A DNA stretch of 64,000 nucleotides. Source: Nymphaea colorata (Eukaryota). Positions 35,703-49,800 of this stretch are shown here, one piece after another. The stretch covers positions 13,392,001-13,456,000 of the forward strand of contig NC_045138.2 of assembly GCF_008831285.2 (NCBI RefSeq), in the 5' to 3' direction. The position numbers were made by a program, and so were the translations under genes. Within the stretch, counting starts at the first letter, position 1; each line of letters begins with the position of its first letter. The notes under the pieces are model-generated. The model was not told the DNA's origin. It worked only from the letters and a program-made list of their open reading frames with translations, and did not search any database.

Positions 35703-38700
35703 TTCCCTGGCGCGAATGTATGGCAACCTACTGGCGCATCATAAGAAACGCAAGGATTCCGGCAGGCGAGAGAGTGGGGGAAGGCTCGCCTGTGTTGTTC
35801 CGCCTTATCTTTGGTCGGGGCGTCGGATCGAAGAGGGGGTTTAGAAGTCGCCACCAATTGAAAGGTGGACGCGTGTCGGCGACACGTCACAGAAGGCTGA
35901 TGGCTGTACAGTGGCGTCCGTCACACCGCCTCCGCTCCGCTCCGCTCCCCCTTTGACCACACCGCCCCTCCCTTGCCGCTTCCCGGCGCCCGTGCATGAT
36001 AGTGACGTCTTTTAGTCGGCCCTATGCTGACGTGGAAATCTTATGGGGTGAATGATTAGCTTGTTTCCCGGACCCCACTCCACCGTGGCACGCTTCGCGA
36101 GGAGAAGCGCCTTAGCTCTAGCCGCTTAAACGGATCCGATGTTGCCCGGAACGCATGCATATAGATAGACTTGGTGTTTCACTAGGCAATCGCATTCTAC
36201 ATCTTCGTTTTTTACTATCTCAAACAGCTAAGTGTTTGAATTTTAACCCAAGGGAATGTTCTAAGTTCAAGCTAACCAAGTTTCAGAGACTAGCTACAGG
36301 TTCGAGTTTGTGCAAGTAATACACAGTAGACCAACCAAAAACTATTAGTTTCCGACAAGTTCATGCATGGCACAAACTCACTGCAGGCAAGATTGATATG
36401 TGAACTTCACCAACCGTAGCCATCCTGAAAAATTAACGAAGGGAATCCAAAGAGGGAGAGCTCAAACAAAATCTGACTAGAATTAGTGGTAATATCTTAT
36501 TCATGGGAGATGGATCGTTAGACAGACCCTATGTTGGAGTCGTCTGAGGGTGATGTTTGGGTCGATAAAAACGTTCGTGGTGCTTAGTTATGGCTACCAT
36601 ATGCATTTTGGATCTACTGCCCATTGAGGCACACTTCACATTTTATTAGTTTCAGTTTGCCGGCGTTCAGGATTTACTTTGACCTTTTCAAACTTTAATC
36701 TGCAACGAGCTAGCCAGCTGCTGGGCTTGGATTTATGACTTTACTCTCCCGAAATCGTTAACTTGAGTAGCTCCCCACCGATCGACAGTTGGTCCTCAGC
36801 GTCACGACAATGTACTCCCATAAATTATTTGCTCTGAAAAGTAGGACGGGCGCCAGAATATGGACCCCTTCATTATTCCATTCGTTTAAAAACCATTTTA
36901 TGGTGCGTGCTGTGCGCCTGTCTGTACCCCCGCACAATTGCTGTTGTTGAGAGGCTAATATATATATATATATATATATATTGAGATTGGAGAGGATGAG
37001 GTAACAACGGCGTGGCCAATGACTCAAGGTTTATTTATAAGCGCTCTTAATTACATGTACAGTATCAATATCAACTTCACAACATACGTACTGACCCTGG
37101 CTCTCAGTCTCACCCTTTGCTTATTGTCGTCCCTCATCTATAATATTCAATTAACGCCCTCAGAACTTAGTACTTTTGACTGGCCAATTAGGCCCACTTC
37201 CACTTTTTTCCGTCTCTACATAAATCCTTTGACCGGGTCTTCCTCAATAGATTACTTCAGCAACCAACTGTACCATTTCGTTTTTAATTTGTTTTACAAT
37301 ATGCCGGCTTCATTTAATCGGTCAAAGGCACTTTATGGTCGACTTAATTACCTTATTATTTCTTTCGACTTATCTACTTACAGATCCTGCAGACCAAAGC
37401 CTGCTGCAGATCCAACAACGATCCCTATCGTCCATCTATCACCATCAAAAAGTTCGGGCTGACTTCTTAGGAAGCAAACCCATTTAACTGGTTCGGAAGA
37501 ACAAACCATACCCAAAGGGATTTGCAGCAAATTTTATAGATCATCTATATATATATATATATATATATGTATATGGCAGCTCCGCCGTCGAACAATTGAC
37601 AGCAAGCGGACAGAAGAGCATTGTAGAGGTAGGCGTGAAGGATGTATAGCTTGTCATCGTAAGCCAATTAGTTCAAGGAATGAGAAGCTTTCTCTTTAAT
37701 GAGGCTGCAGGCAGCTGTGGAAGGAGCATCATAATGGGCTAACATCATTATGGCAAGCATGCAGCCGCCTTGAAAGAGACTCATCCTCATCATGGGATCT
37801 TTATTAGCCTAGCTAGCTAAGGTACTCAGCTCCTTCGCACAACCAAATTCGTGAACGCTATCTTTGTAAGCCTACCAACCAGGCTACTACCATGGGTCAT
37901 GCAGTACCTTTATTCAGAGCTTTAAAGCTTACAGGTTATCCCCTGCACTAAACACGCAAATGAACGTGGGTGCAGAGGATACACGTATGTGTATGCAAAA
38001 ACGCGTACTCGCATGCTCCGCATCTCTCTGAAGAAAGTTCCTAGTGAAAGCTTTCTTGGCTAATGAATGAGCTAGTTGCATTGAATGAACCAAAAGGCGA
38101 TGAAAAATTAAGTTAACTCTAAGTTAGAAATGGTATTCAAGCAAGCCTCGCAAACGTTAGAATATAAACTCCATATATTGATGTATTCATATGAATCTTT
38201 TGCGGTTCGCATACTTACCTAACTAGTCCCTGACTTCAACCATTGAATGATCGTTTACTAAATACTAATGGAGAGATAAAATTGTAAACATTTATGTGTG
38301 TGTGTGAAGTGGGGGGGAGAGAGAGAGAGGTGTTGGCAATGAATAAGGAGGAGACATGTTTCGTTGGGATGGACGTTAAACAACCTGTTTTGGGCCATGT
38401 CGCCACACCTGTGTGCATGGGATCTAGACAAATTAAGACACAAACGCAAGCAGTAAGAATTATTTGGTAGCATTCAGATTTGGAGCGCTGCTACCATGCT
38501 GCGTGCGTAACTGTACAGGTAGCTAAATATATGTTTGGTTCTTGGTATTGTTATTTTTGGTTCAATAATGAATGCGTATTTGAAGTCACGAATACGTGCA
38601 TGTTGGTGCTGTGAGGTAGCTGATGAATTCAAGCCCCTGCCTTGTAAAGTCTCCATGATGGGAGTAGGAGGCTGCTGGACCAGCCTAGCCAAGGCAACCA

Positions 38701-41700
38701 GAAAAGGATGGCTAATGGGCTGGGGGGCGGCCCACTTGGACTTTTGGCTTTTCCTGTTCAGCCAAAAGGCATGGAACAGAATGGCTGAGCGCATATCTAT
38801 CATCTTGTTCTTGTGTCTCCTTGCTCGATCGTCCTCTTGCAATTTTCTGCATTGGGCCACGTTTAATTTCACGGCCCAAAATGAAAGTCAGTCAGTCTTG
38901 GAACGCATGATTCTGGATCTACTATTGGGTGGTGGTCCTTTCGCTTTTCATAAAAGCACACCTTCCTTCACCAATAACTAAGCAAGCAGAACCAACATTA
39001 ACATTTTGTTGGGCATGGATGATGATCAGTTAGAGGATTTATTTTAGCTATGTGTTGAGCGGTCGCCAATTCTTCAGTTGTTGGGCACGATTCATCTTGT
39101 CTGCTCGTGGAGAGCGATGTATCCCTTCACTGCACGCACACGTTTCTTCTTACATGCATGCACTAACAAGAACATGTGCAATGCAAACAATGGAGCATAG
39201 AGTTACATGAAACAAAACCACACGCCTTGTACATTTTCGAGAAAGGGATGGAAATATTTGTTGCACCGCTGTGAAAGTTAAGCTGGCAGCGCGTTCGAAT
39301 TTCTCTTTTTTCCATCTTTCAATGGGCCTGAATCGACCTACGCACGGTCAAAAGGCCGACGACACCCGCCGGTTCATGGATTCGAACTGCCGACCCCAAT
39401 CTTCCCAGCAGGCGCCGCGCGCTCCCTCCTTCTCTGCCCGCCATTAATGGCAGCAGTAGGTCCGTAATTTCTTGGAAGACGTGGCCGATTCTGGTAATTT
39501 CTTGAAAGCACGGCCTGCGACCTTCGTCAGAACATGTTCGGTTTCGGGAACCGAACCGTCGTAGTACGCTATTCCCTCCATCCACCAATCACCTTTAGCC
39601 ACGTCGCCACTGAACAGCCTGCCCGTGCCCCGTCTTTGGGATACGAATCCTCGGCTCGGCTTGGATCTGGATCGTGTAATGCTAACGACCCCCGTTAATT
39701 ACTATTGGCGATGAAGGAAGGAACTGGATGGACGACCTTCTAATCTAAGCGGGGAGATGCCGTCTCAGTTCCTAGTTCAGACCTCGGCATTTAATGACTG
39801 ACTCGGATCCACTGCATCTTTCTCATGCGGATATATATATATATATATATATATTTATTTCCCCTGCCATCCAACCTCTTTATGTTTATGTATATGACAG
39901 AGCATCTTCTGTGCCGCAGAACTATGGAGATTGTCATGAATATTCATTATGAGGCGAATGCTTCCATTCCGCATATATGTAGGATCAACGAAGATGTGGG
40001 GTTTGATAAGTGGGAGAAGAGCATGATCTTATTAGGCTTCCACTTTTTTTACTACTTCTTTTTATGCACCACTTGGTTTTACACAGTGAAACCTGGGATC
40101 TTGTTCTGGATTTTACCTTATATATGCCTTTATATGTGCACACAACACTTTCTCGTTTCTCCATAAATGCTTATTGTTTTCTCTGCATCTGTTACATCTC
40201 TGATGCTTGGGATTGGGGCTAATCCTTTGCCAAAAACGATCCACCACCACGCGGGTTCGGCGTGTTTTATTCAAGATGGAGGAGGTTGTGCCCTGTGAAA
40301 CCGCTCACCATGCAAGCATGGGTTTAAAGTTCGCAGCAGGATCGCTCTGCCGTAGTCGACCCTTTAGTTGTAACATGAGAAAAATGATGTTGGCGACATT
40401 GGCTTGCAACTTTTCTGCACAATCATCCACAGGGGCCTGAGGGGTGAGGCTTTACTTTTCCCGTTGCTACGGCCGCTTGTACTGCCATCACATGCACTTA
40501 CCAAAGTCTATCTGGTTTCAGACCCCACTCTTCCCCATTCTCATCAGTCAGATGTGGTTTCCGTCTAACATCTTGGATCGGATTCGGCCGCCTCCCTTTC
40601 TTTAATGAACTTCGTCTTCAATCTCCAATTACATGGCAATTAGTGAACATGTTCGATCATCATTTTTTCCTCCTACCAACTCCGAGTTTCCTATTGATGT
40701 TTGAAGAGGAATGGAGGTGACCTATATCATATCCGCATCTGGAAGCCGGCCGGTTACGATAATCCTCCCTCCCCGTGACTTTAGATTTTTTAGTCGCCTG
40801 CGTTGGCAGTCTATGACGAATTAACTAAGTTCTAAAAGAGCTCACTACTTGTGTGTTGGTGAGCATGCACGTTCGCACGCGCACCCACACAAACATACAG
40901 AACCTAACCCAAAGAAAGGAGACAGTGGAGATGAATCACTTTCTATAAATGGTTCTTTTACATGTCAATGGCTTCCACATCCTGTGGATGACAGAGCCAA
41001 AAGAGCAACATACCAGGAAAGAAAAGAAAAAAAATCTCATGTTCTCCGCGGATGATAAGAATCACCACGATGGACAAATTATGCCGGGCATGATTATCAC
41101 AATGAAAGTACTCTGCAAACCCTCTTGTGCATGCGTAGTATCCCTAGGCTTTTTCTTTTCTTCTTAGGCTTTTATATCAATGGCGCCCATATGGGTAGTA
41201 GTAGAGGCATATGTTCCACTAGCAGTGAGCCAAAAGGCGCAGGGATTCCTAATCATGAGACCTTGAAAAGTTGTGGCGAGATATATAAAGAGCTCTAGTG
41301 ATTCGAATCACTCTTTCTTTTGACTATATGAGTTGTTAGCTAGATATGCTCCCACTCGCTTCTAGCCATAATGCAGATTAAGACCCGAGGATCCGCCTAT
41401 TCCTCTCCCTAGCTATCTCTATCTCATCCTTTGCAAGATTCTTTTTAGTAGCTGTAATCTGCATACTGAAGATCTGTATCTAAAACCACCGGAAAAATAG
41501 CGTTCAGGATGTTCTCGAGATTAGAAAAAAGTATCATTCTTAACTAATCAATCACGTCCACTCCATTACTGCCGGAAATGCATTCTTATCTAGAATAGTA
41601 ACAGGCATCGAAGTTGCCATGCTACACACTGACACCATAGTTGGAGAACAGGAAATCAATGTCGAAATACTACTACCTAGGAAGTAGGAAGCAAATGATG

Positions 41701-42554
41701 TATATTAACAGTTACATAATTTTAAAAGAAACCAATTAATAGTAGCACAAAAAACGTAAAAAAAATAAAAATATGGAAATATCAAAAGTAAGGAAGGGTC
41801 ATCGAGGCAAAAGTTTATGCTTATAATAATATATTGTTGTACTTTTTCTTTGGCAAGAAATATAAAATATTGCATGCACAACACCAAGAACCAGGAGATG
41901 CAAAAGAGTGTCGCGAAACAAAATAATTTAATTGAGAAGCTAATTTTTTATTAACATGGTTCTGGTCTCCAAAACGTGAATAGGGTAGGTACGTAGTAGA
42001 GTAAACCCGGAAATTTTACATTGAGTATCAATTAAATAATTTTTATAAAATTTTTTGAAGAAGCCATATGCCTCTTACTAAAGACGGGTTCTTTGCCTTT
42101 AACATGAAGATTTTTATTTTTTAAGATTTTAAATGTGGAAACCTTAATGTGAGAGATGTTTGACCACGCCTAGCCTCATTCTTCTACCTATTCTGAGCAA
42201 TGCTTCTTTAACTAGTTCCTCTTTTCTTCTTTCAAAATTGAAATTTTAACAGTTCTAAGTGAGTTAATTAGGAGCATATGTGTATTCCCCGATATACGAG
42301 TATTTTTTGGCCGAGAAGTCCATAATGCTTTAATCTTACAGATATAAATCTTTAATATGTAGGAGGGATTCAAATCTGCATGATGCTGGATATTATCAGA
42401 TGGTTAAAATTAAAAATGTGTTTCGTTAGAACCACCATAAACCATGATTATATGCATTATTGTTGCACCGTAAACTGTCCAAGATTCTCCTAATTGGGTA
42501 ACTGTTTTTTTGGGACATTTTTAATTGTTAATCGCCCAACAATATCCATTACCA

Positions 42555-42632
42555 AGTACATTTTAATTTCCACACACAGGGGCAGATACACACAGTACAT
42601 TTTAATTTCCACACACAGGGGCAGATACACAC
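42555..42632. repeat. Perfect 39-bp tandem duplication
   Basis: agtacattttaatttccacacacaggggcagatacacac x2. Confidence 0.85.
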
Positions 42633-44855
42633 ACTTATGAGGAATTGAAATCAGCCGAATGTGGCCAAATGGTTTTTTAAAATCTATGATTATGTATATA
42701 TATATATATATATATAAAATATATCGACCAGGTCTTCGTTCTAGTGTAAAGATGTTTTTTTATCACAGAAGTTACAGTATAGCACGGGGGTGCCGTATTG
42801 ATTTCACATCATTCAAACAAGTCTGGATCCTCAATAATTGCACCCCTGCCAGTAGTTGCATGCGCTCGACTTGGCTTTTTCTTCAACAAATCAAGATTGC
42901 CTTCTCACGCCCCTCCATCTTCTTAACGCACTCGTCAAGCTCATTTATATAAAAGCACGGAAAGCCATCCCTATTTTTCTTCTCTCCGCAGATTCAGTTA
43001 ATTCCCTTGACTAAGCCATTATTCATTACTGCACCACTTTTCCCTTGTCAAGAGGACTACGCCCATCTGAAGTAGGACAAAGACATGCATTTGACTCATA
43101 AATTCGGAAGTTATTGTGATTAATAAAACACATTCAAACAACTTTAAGTTTATTACTAGCACATACTTTTTTGAAAAAATCATTAAGTTCAGAACATGGT
43201 AATTAAATAGCCATTAGATAAGGCTTTTCCCTGCTTATGACTGTCTGGAGAATGACTTCCTTAATCTATAACTGGTTTTAACTTGCCGGTTTGAAGGATA
43301 AGCACCTGCAATCCGCGAGCAGGAACAGTTTGATATGATGCGTGAAGCGAAGCACTTGCTATGCAGAGGGAGACATGAAGTTATTGCCAACAGTTCAAAG
43401 TTAGAGGCCAATGATGAAAGTCCGGTTCTAGCTTGTTTCAAACAACTACCGACTCAAATGGAAGATAAAATTGACCGGATAAGGGCTGGCACTTTGATGA
43501 GAAGTAAGATGCTTCATGACTGGTCTTTAATTCAAACAGCAGTATATATAAATACTCCTGGCTGAAATTAATTGAGCCGGTTTTTGAATGGAATATTCAT
43601 TTCCAGTAAAATTTACATTCTTTTATTGATCTGACTACATCCCAGGACATTTTACTGTCGATGAATAATTGGCAGGGACGTACGGGAATGCGTTCTTCTT
43701 GGGGTTGCGTCTGTGCACTACTGCCAACTATGGGATCTGCAGGGAAGCACCAATCCACGTTTGAGCAGTTCAAAGATCAGAGTAATTTATAAGCACCTGG
43801 GTTCACCTTTTGGTCCTGTATGTGCTAAACTGGGGTGCTTCCTATTCGTCACCAGGCCCACAAAGAGGCCGATTGCCCATTTATTTCTCTTCGAATACTA
43901 CTGTTTTCAAAGATGTATATGTATTTCACAACTCACATTAAATAGGTTTGGATATTTCACTAACCGGACCAGCAGCTCATCAGCTTAACGAATTTAATTA
44001 GCTTGGCTTTCAACAGGACATGACCTTAGACAAAGACTAGGCAACGAGACTGGCGGGATGGAAGTTCAACTCTCTAAGCTGATTAAAGCTTGGGCTCAAG
44101 CCCAACCCATCGGATTAATAAGATGGGCCAGGTCAGGTCATGGGCCTTCAACGGGAGCGAAATTAGGAGTAAGTTGAAAAGTGTTATGATTGTTAATGGT
44201 TTTAAACATATGTTGAATCTATTGCATTTTATGAAATTGTCGGATTTAAATAATTAATAGAAACTAAATGGTAGTGGGAAATTTTTTTCTTGAAATATTA
44301 AAATGAAAACAATGTCTTCGTCGTGAGCTGGATTTGCCACGATCGAGTTAAGCGAAATTAGATGGATGATGCCAATGGGATCTGCCATAAATCGGAGTAT
44401 AATTATAGTTGCAACCATCTTTTTTCTTCCAATTTTTTTCCCGCATTTTGGAAAGTTACATTTGAGCATAGGGCCATCCGAACGGGCCCAAACAAAACAA
44501 AGAAAGAAAGAAAGAGAAAGAAGGATGATTCCACTAGGATATGTTCCATTAACGTTTGAAAAAAGTCCAAACGACTTGAGAAGTCTTTACTCGGTCTTCC
44601 GTACCCTTTAATCATAGTCGTGGAGGAACTGCAATTCAGGAAATCAACTCTGCTTCATGTATGCACCGGAAAGTTTATCTACTGTGGGTACTGTGTTAAT
44701 TTGATTTGTATATGTATATATGGCACAAGGTAACGCAGCTCTAAATAATTCAGCCCTGCGATCAGCTATGGTAGCTTCCCCCCAAACTTGCTGGGAGACG
44801 GGCACGGCTTCTAGTTGGTTTGTGACAATTTCTGGCACATCAACGTCCACACTCA

Positions 44856-45038
44856 AATCATTCTTTGGCGTCTCTCATTGGAACTACAAAATTATAAATC
44901 TGTTGGTCACTCAGCACATGCAAAGTTCTGTGACCCAAGCCATCATCATACACATTCAAGTCATTCTTTGGCATCTCATTGGAACTATAAATCTGTTAAG
45001 TCACTCAGCACATGCAAATTTCTGTGACCCAAGACATC
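44856..45038. repeat. Imperfect ~100-bp-period tandem duplication downstream of the PPR gene
   Basis: tcattctttggc..tctcattggaacta..gtcactcagcacatgcaaa.ttctgtgacccaag occurs twice. Confidence 0.7.
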
Positions 45039-45308
45039 CTTGCCAGAGATTATCAACAGCTTCCAAAGTTTAGAAGCTAATTATCCATTGCTATGAACTA
45101 CAGCAAGCAGATGCATCTTTAACGATGCAGTAACCCTGATCAGAAACTACATGGAGCACCTCCACAATTGAGAATCATCATCTTATGATCCCATCTTGCG
45201 CCACAGCCCCAATAAAAACCTACAAAGTGCGTCACCTGGTGGACTAGCAGAAGTCCAACTTCTAAAGTCATCTGGTAGCAATCCAACGGAATGCTACAGA
45301 GGGAGGTG

Positions 45309-48080
45309 TCACCAGTAATCCCTGCAGGAGCAAGCGCCATTCTGGAAATGGTGAAATCGGCTCCCGTCCCTCATGTTAATCTCCCTCCCTATAATCCTTG
45401 AGACTAGCTTCATGAATGTGTGGCAATCACCACAAACACGAAGGTTCTTCATTATCTGAATTGGGATGCCATCTGCTGTACTTAGCAGCCCATAAGCAAT
45501 TGCCAATTTCTCACTGTGGTACAGAAGTGCATTCTCCTTCTGTTCTATCTCCATATCATGGAGAACAAAATTGGTATCTATAACATAGCCAACTCCTTTT
45601 AGTTCATCATACAATTCCTTCAACTTCAAATGTATCTCCTTAATCTGCTCATGCCGAGTATCTCCGGTAAGAAAAACATGCATCTTATCTTTTACCTGCA
45701 TCCAACTATATCCTGGCTCTTTTGTTACACCTCGCACTTTCATCAGCCTCCTTATTTCTCCTACCTCATCCCACATTCCCAGAGAAGCGTAAATGTTTGA
45801 TAACAGTATGTAATTCCCTGAATTACATGGTTCCAACTCAAACAATCTTTCTGCAACTCTCCGCCCTAATTCTATGTTTTGGTGAATCCTACACGCACCA
45901 AGAAGAGCACCCCACACCACAGAATCAGGCTCAATGGGCATGCTCTCAATCAATTCTTCTGCCTCGTATAAATTCCCAGCACGACCAAGAAGATCGACCA
46001 TACAAGCATAGTGACCTTCTAAAGGCATTAATTGATAATCTTGGCTCATTGAATTGAAATAGAACCATCCTTCATCAACAAGACCAGCATGACTACAAGC
46101 CGATAACAGCCCTATAAAGGTAATCCGGTCTGGCAGCACACCTGCAATTTGCATCTGTTTGTAAATTTCAATGGCCTCTCTGCCGAGCCCGTGTTGTGCA
46201 CAACCTGCTAAAATAGCATTCCACGAGACAATGTCACGCTCAGGCATCTCATTAAAGATTACAAAAGCATCCATGCTTCCACACTTGGAATACATTGATA
46301 TCAGAGCGTTTCCCACAAAGAGATCAGAACTTAGTCCAAGTTTGGTAGATAGTCCATGTATTTGTTTTCCCAGCTTGGTGGCCCCTAAGTTTGAACAAGT
46401 GCTTAGAGTACTTGTCAATGTTAATGAGTTTGGCTCTGTCCCAGCCGCTAGCATGTCAATGAAGAGCCCCATAGCTTCTTTGTCATACCCACCCTGCACA
46501 TATGCAGAAATCATGGCAGTCCAGGAGACTGCATCACGCTTTGGCATCCTGTCAAAGATAAAGCAAGCGTCATCCATCATTTGGTTCAATGAAAATCCAG
46601 CAATCAAAGAGTTCCATGACACAGTATCTCTCACAGCCATCCTACTGAAAACCCGAGAAAAATCATCGATGTTCCTGCACTTGGCGTACATTGTGATCAG
46701 ACAATTTCCCACGTAAGAGTTAGAATGACACCCTGCCTTGAATGTAAGTGAATGTATCTGTCTACCAATTTCCAGAGCTTCACAATTGGCACACGCATTC
46801 AAGGCACTTGTAAAAGTTGAATGGCTAGGCACCATACCCGATTTATGAAGCTTGGAAAAAATCTCCAAAGCTTCTTCATGTTGCCCATTCTGAGAATAAC
46901 CTGCAATCATTGCTGCCCAAGAGGCCATATTTCGTTGAGGCATCCTGTCAAACAATCGTCGTGCCTCCACTAACATCCCATTCTGGCTATAACCAGTCAA
47001 TATGGCATTCCAGGTTACCACATTGGGGTTATGAATTTGTCTGAATAACTTTGTAGCTTCATCTATTCTCCCATTTTGAGCATACCCCGCCATCATTGCT
47101 GTTTGGGTGAACACTGACTGCTCTGAAATTGTCTGGTATAGATCACAGGCTTCGTCTAATCTGCCACACTGAGAATAAGCAGCAATCATGGTGGACCAGG
47201 TGAACTCATTAGTCTGCAGCATGTGCTTGAAAAAAGAAATAGCCGACTCCAAACCGATTCCACACTTTGTATATGCATTGAGGATTGCAGTTCCCACTAC
47301 CACATCTGCCTCAAATCCGGTCTTGATTGCCAAACTACGAATGTGTTCAACCATTGTCAAATCAGTAAAACCAGTGACAGCCACAATCGCTGCCGTGAAA
47401 TTTGGCCTATCAGGTCTAACACCAGTTGCATGCATCCTCACAAACAAATCCCAGGCTCTATCAAACTCCTCTACGTGAACAAATCCAGATATCATAGCTG
47501 TCCAAGAAACTAAATTCTTCTCTGGCATTTGTTCAAACAAATGCAGAGCCTCCCTGAAGCAACCAAAATGACAATACCCAGTAATCAAGGCGTTCCATGA
47601 AACAACATTCCTCTCGGGCATTTCAACAAATAATTTATGTGCAGCGTCCATATTACCATTCTGGACATACGCCGTCAACATGGCGTTCCATGAAACAACA
47701 TTTCGCTCAGGCATTGCTTCAAAAACACATCGAGCATCGTCGATCCTACTGTTCCGAGCATATCCCGTGAGAACCAAGGTCCAAGTTCGCACGTTCTTGC
47801 CAAGGAACCGATCAAACAACTGCCGGCCTTCATCTATTCTTCCATTTTGGAAGTACCCAGAGATCATACTATTCCATGTGATTGTATCTCGTTGAGGCAT
47901 TTCCTCGAACAACAGCCGCGCGTCGTCTACACGGCCGTTCCTTGCCAATTCCATGATGGTGGTGTTGTAGAAAGGGAGGTCGTGCCCCGGATGGTAAATG
48001 GGGACGGAGGCGGCGGATGAGGAACGTTTCTGAGTAATGATGCATGATTTTGCAACACGAAAGCTGAGGAGTCGGCGCAT
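45309..48080 (-). CDS. PLS-class pentatricopeptide repeat protein with E/E+/DYW domain (organellar C-to-U editing factor)
   Basis: Intronless ORF with many repeats of the RNVVSWNAM/WTAMI type, E domain HYACMVDLLGRAG..VWGALLGAC, PG box PGYSW, deaminase motifs HSEKLA and CGDCH, C-terminal CSCRDYW. First ATG at 48080, followed by an R/S-rich transit-like N-terminus. Confidence 0.96.
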   Translation of the reverse strand: MRRLLSFRVAKSCIITQKRSSSAASVPIYHPGHDLPFYNTTIMELARNGRVDDARLLFEEMPQRDTITWNSMISGYFQNGRIDEGRQLFDRFLGKNVRTWTLVLTGYARNSRIDDARCVFEAMPERNVVSWNAMLTAYVQNGNMDAAHKLFVEMPERNVVSWNALITGYCHFGCFREALHLFEQMPEKNLVSWTAMISGFVHVEEFDRAWDLFVRMHATGVRPDRPNFTAAIVAVTGFTDLTMVEHIRSLAIKTGFEADVVVGTAILNAYTKCGIGLESAISFFKHMLQTNEFTWSTMIAAYSQCGRLDEACDLYQTISEQSVFTQTAMMAGYAQNGRIDEATKLFRQIHNPNVVTWNAILTGYSQNGMLVEARRLFDRMPQRNMASWAAMIAGYSQNGQHEEALEIFSKLHKSGMVPSHSTFTSALNACANCEALEIGRQIHSLTFKAGCHSNSYVGNCLITMYAKCRNIDDFSRVFSRMAVRDTVSWNSLIAGFSLNQMMDDACFIFDRMPKRDAVSWTAMISAYVQGGYDKEAMGLFIDMLAAGTEPNSLTLTSTLSTCSNLGATKLGKQIHGLSTKLGLSSDLFVGNALISMYSKCGSMDAFVIFNEMPERDIVSWNAILAGCAQHGLGREAIEIYKQMQIAGVLPDRITFIGLLSACSHAGLVDEGWFYFNSMSQDYQLMPLEGHYACMVDLLGRAGNLYEAEELIESMPIEPDSVVWGALLGACRIHQNIELGRRVAERLFELEPCNSGNYILLSNIYASLGMWDEVGEIRRLMKVRGVTKEPGYSWMQVKDKMHVFLTGDTRHEQIKEIHLKLKELYDELKGVGYVIDTNFVLHDMEIEQKENALLYHSEKLAIAYGLLSTADGIPIQIMKNLRVCGDCHTFMKLVSRIIGREINMRDGSRFHHFQNGACSCRDYW

Positions 48081-49119
48081 GGGATGTGTACATCTGCCAT
48101 CCGTCACCCTGAAGGGCCTGAAAGTATGAGTAGCACCACCAACTTCGCTAAATGTGATGAGGCAAGCGAGGCGCGGAGCCCATCATGAGGCAGCAAATAG
48201 GTCTTAAAGGTTGAAATGTAAGCTTGGGGATCAAAATTGTTTAATACATAATATCCATGAAAAATAATGAAAATATTAAAAAACAAATTAAAATAACAAA
48301 CATATAAGCATAAAACAAAATAAAAACACATTTAAATAATCCTTCATATAGATACACACAGGCAAACCACAATCAAGTTATATTCGAAATGCAAGATAAA
48401 CCAAGTTAACCACAATAATGTAATCATATTAAGACCAAATCAAACAAATGTGAGTTCATCCCCAATCAAACTGTCCTAGAAATACCTTCTACTTGAAGAA
48501 AGTTTCTTTGGTTACCTTCTATATATAGTTCAATTACACAATCAAATTATGTTCACGATGCAAGTTATATCGACAGCAACAAAATCATATTGAAAACAAC
48601 TCAAACAGATGCAGGGTCTACACTGGAGCTGTTCGTGGCATTTTTTTTTTCAAATTTGAACAATCTACTCTACATATATTTCCCAAAGAAGATAAAAACT
48701 CACAAATATATATGTGCAAAGACCCGAATGGAAGATGTACTCAACTATAAGAACATATTGCAAATATAAAAGCGACATGCCAACAAGACGCAAAATTTTA
48801 GAGAAATCGGGTAGTTTACATATTTAAATTTCATTAAAATATCAGCATGTTTCTTGAAACACAAGGAAAAAAAGATGCAAAGTAGGGAGCAAACCGAAAA
48901 AGCCTCACGGCACAACTACAAGCTATTTTCATACTCGTCTGAACCAAACTAATACATAAGCTGCTGAATGACTACGATACTGCTTAACAAGCAACATGGC
49001 AAATATTTCATGACCTTTTCTAGTTTGGAGATGCTAAAAAGTACGTCTTTTCTTTAAGCACTTGTCTCGCGACAGCACCCTTTTTAATACGATTCTTCTA
49101 GGTTTAAGCAGTAATTCCC

Positions 49120-49152
<33 letters not shown>

Positions 49153-49482
49153 CATTCTGGCTTTAAGTTCATTTTTAGCAGAACTTAGCACTCCATTGCC
49201 AAAAGGCTCAAGTATCAGGTTATTGATCTACCAACAGAAGACCAAATCCAACGAGAAACAATTGCAACCAATATAAAGGTACATTACAAGTAATAATCCA
49301 CAAATAGAACACAGCTAACGCCTGCAAATAGCAATCCACAAACGAAGCTGGAACTTTAACTGAATTGCAAATGCAAATAGACCCATTCAGTTTACACTTG
49401 ATCTGACGCTACAGTAAGAGTCCAACAAAAAGAAAATGGAACATCGAAAATAGAGCAAGAGAGGGGGAGAGGGAGAGGAGGA

Positions 49483-49800
49483 CCGCCGGCCCTCAATCGA
49501 AAGAGAGAAGCGAGGACTCCCCGCCGGCCCTCAATCGAAAGAGAGAAGCGAGGACTCCCCGCCGGCCCTCAATCGAATGAGAGAAGCGAGGACTCCCCGC
49601 CGGCCCTCAATCGAAAGAGAGAAGCGAGGACTCCCCGCCGGCCCTCAATCGAATGAGAGAAGCGAGGACTCCCCGCCGGCCCTCAATCGAAAGAGAGAAG
49701 CGAGGACTCCCCGCCGGCCCTCAATCGAATGAGAGAAGCGAGGACTCCCCGCCGGCCCTCAATCGAATGAGAGAAGCGAGGACTCCCGGCCGGCCCTCAA
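49483..49800. repeat. 38-bp GC-rich minisatellite, ~8.4 copies
   Basis: Unit ccgccggccctcaatcgaa(a/t)gagagaagcgaggactcc; units start at 49483, 49521, 49559, 49597, 49635, 49673, 49711, 49749. Confidence 0.93.

Noticed and set aside
33871..35956. Several long + strand ORFs over the trihelix gene
   Set aside because: Antisense shadows of GC-rich coding sequence
38474..38981. Overlapping 132/148-aa ORFs and a TAGCCAAGG miR169-like seed with a short hairpin
   Set aside because: No recognisable domain; the match to miR169 ends after 9 nt and there is no proper precursor stem
43235..43565. Protein-like interrupted frame (MMREAKHLLCRGRHE...)
   Set aside because: Could be a gene fragment, but no family or exon boundaries can be supported
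49483..49800. CRISPR-like array
   Set aside because: Units are contiguous with no unique spacers; eukaryotic context with no cas genes
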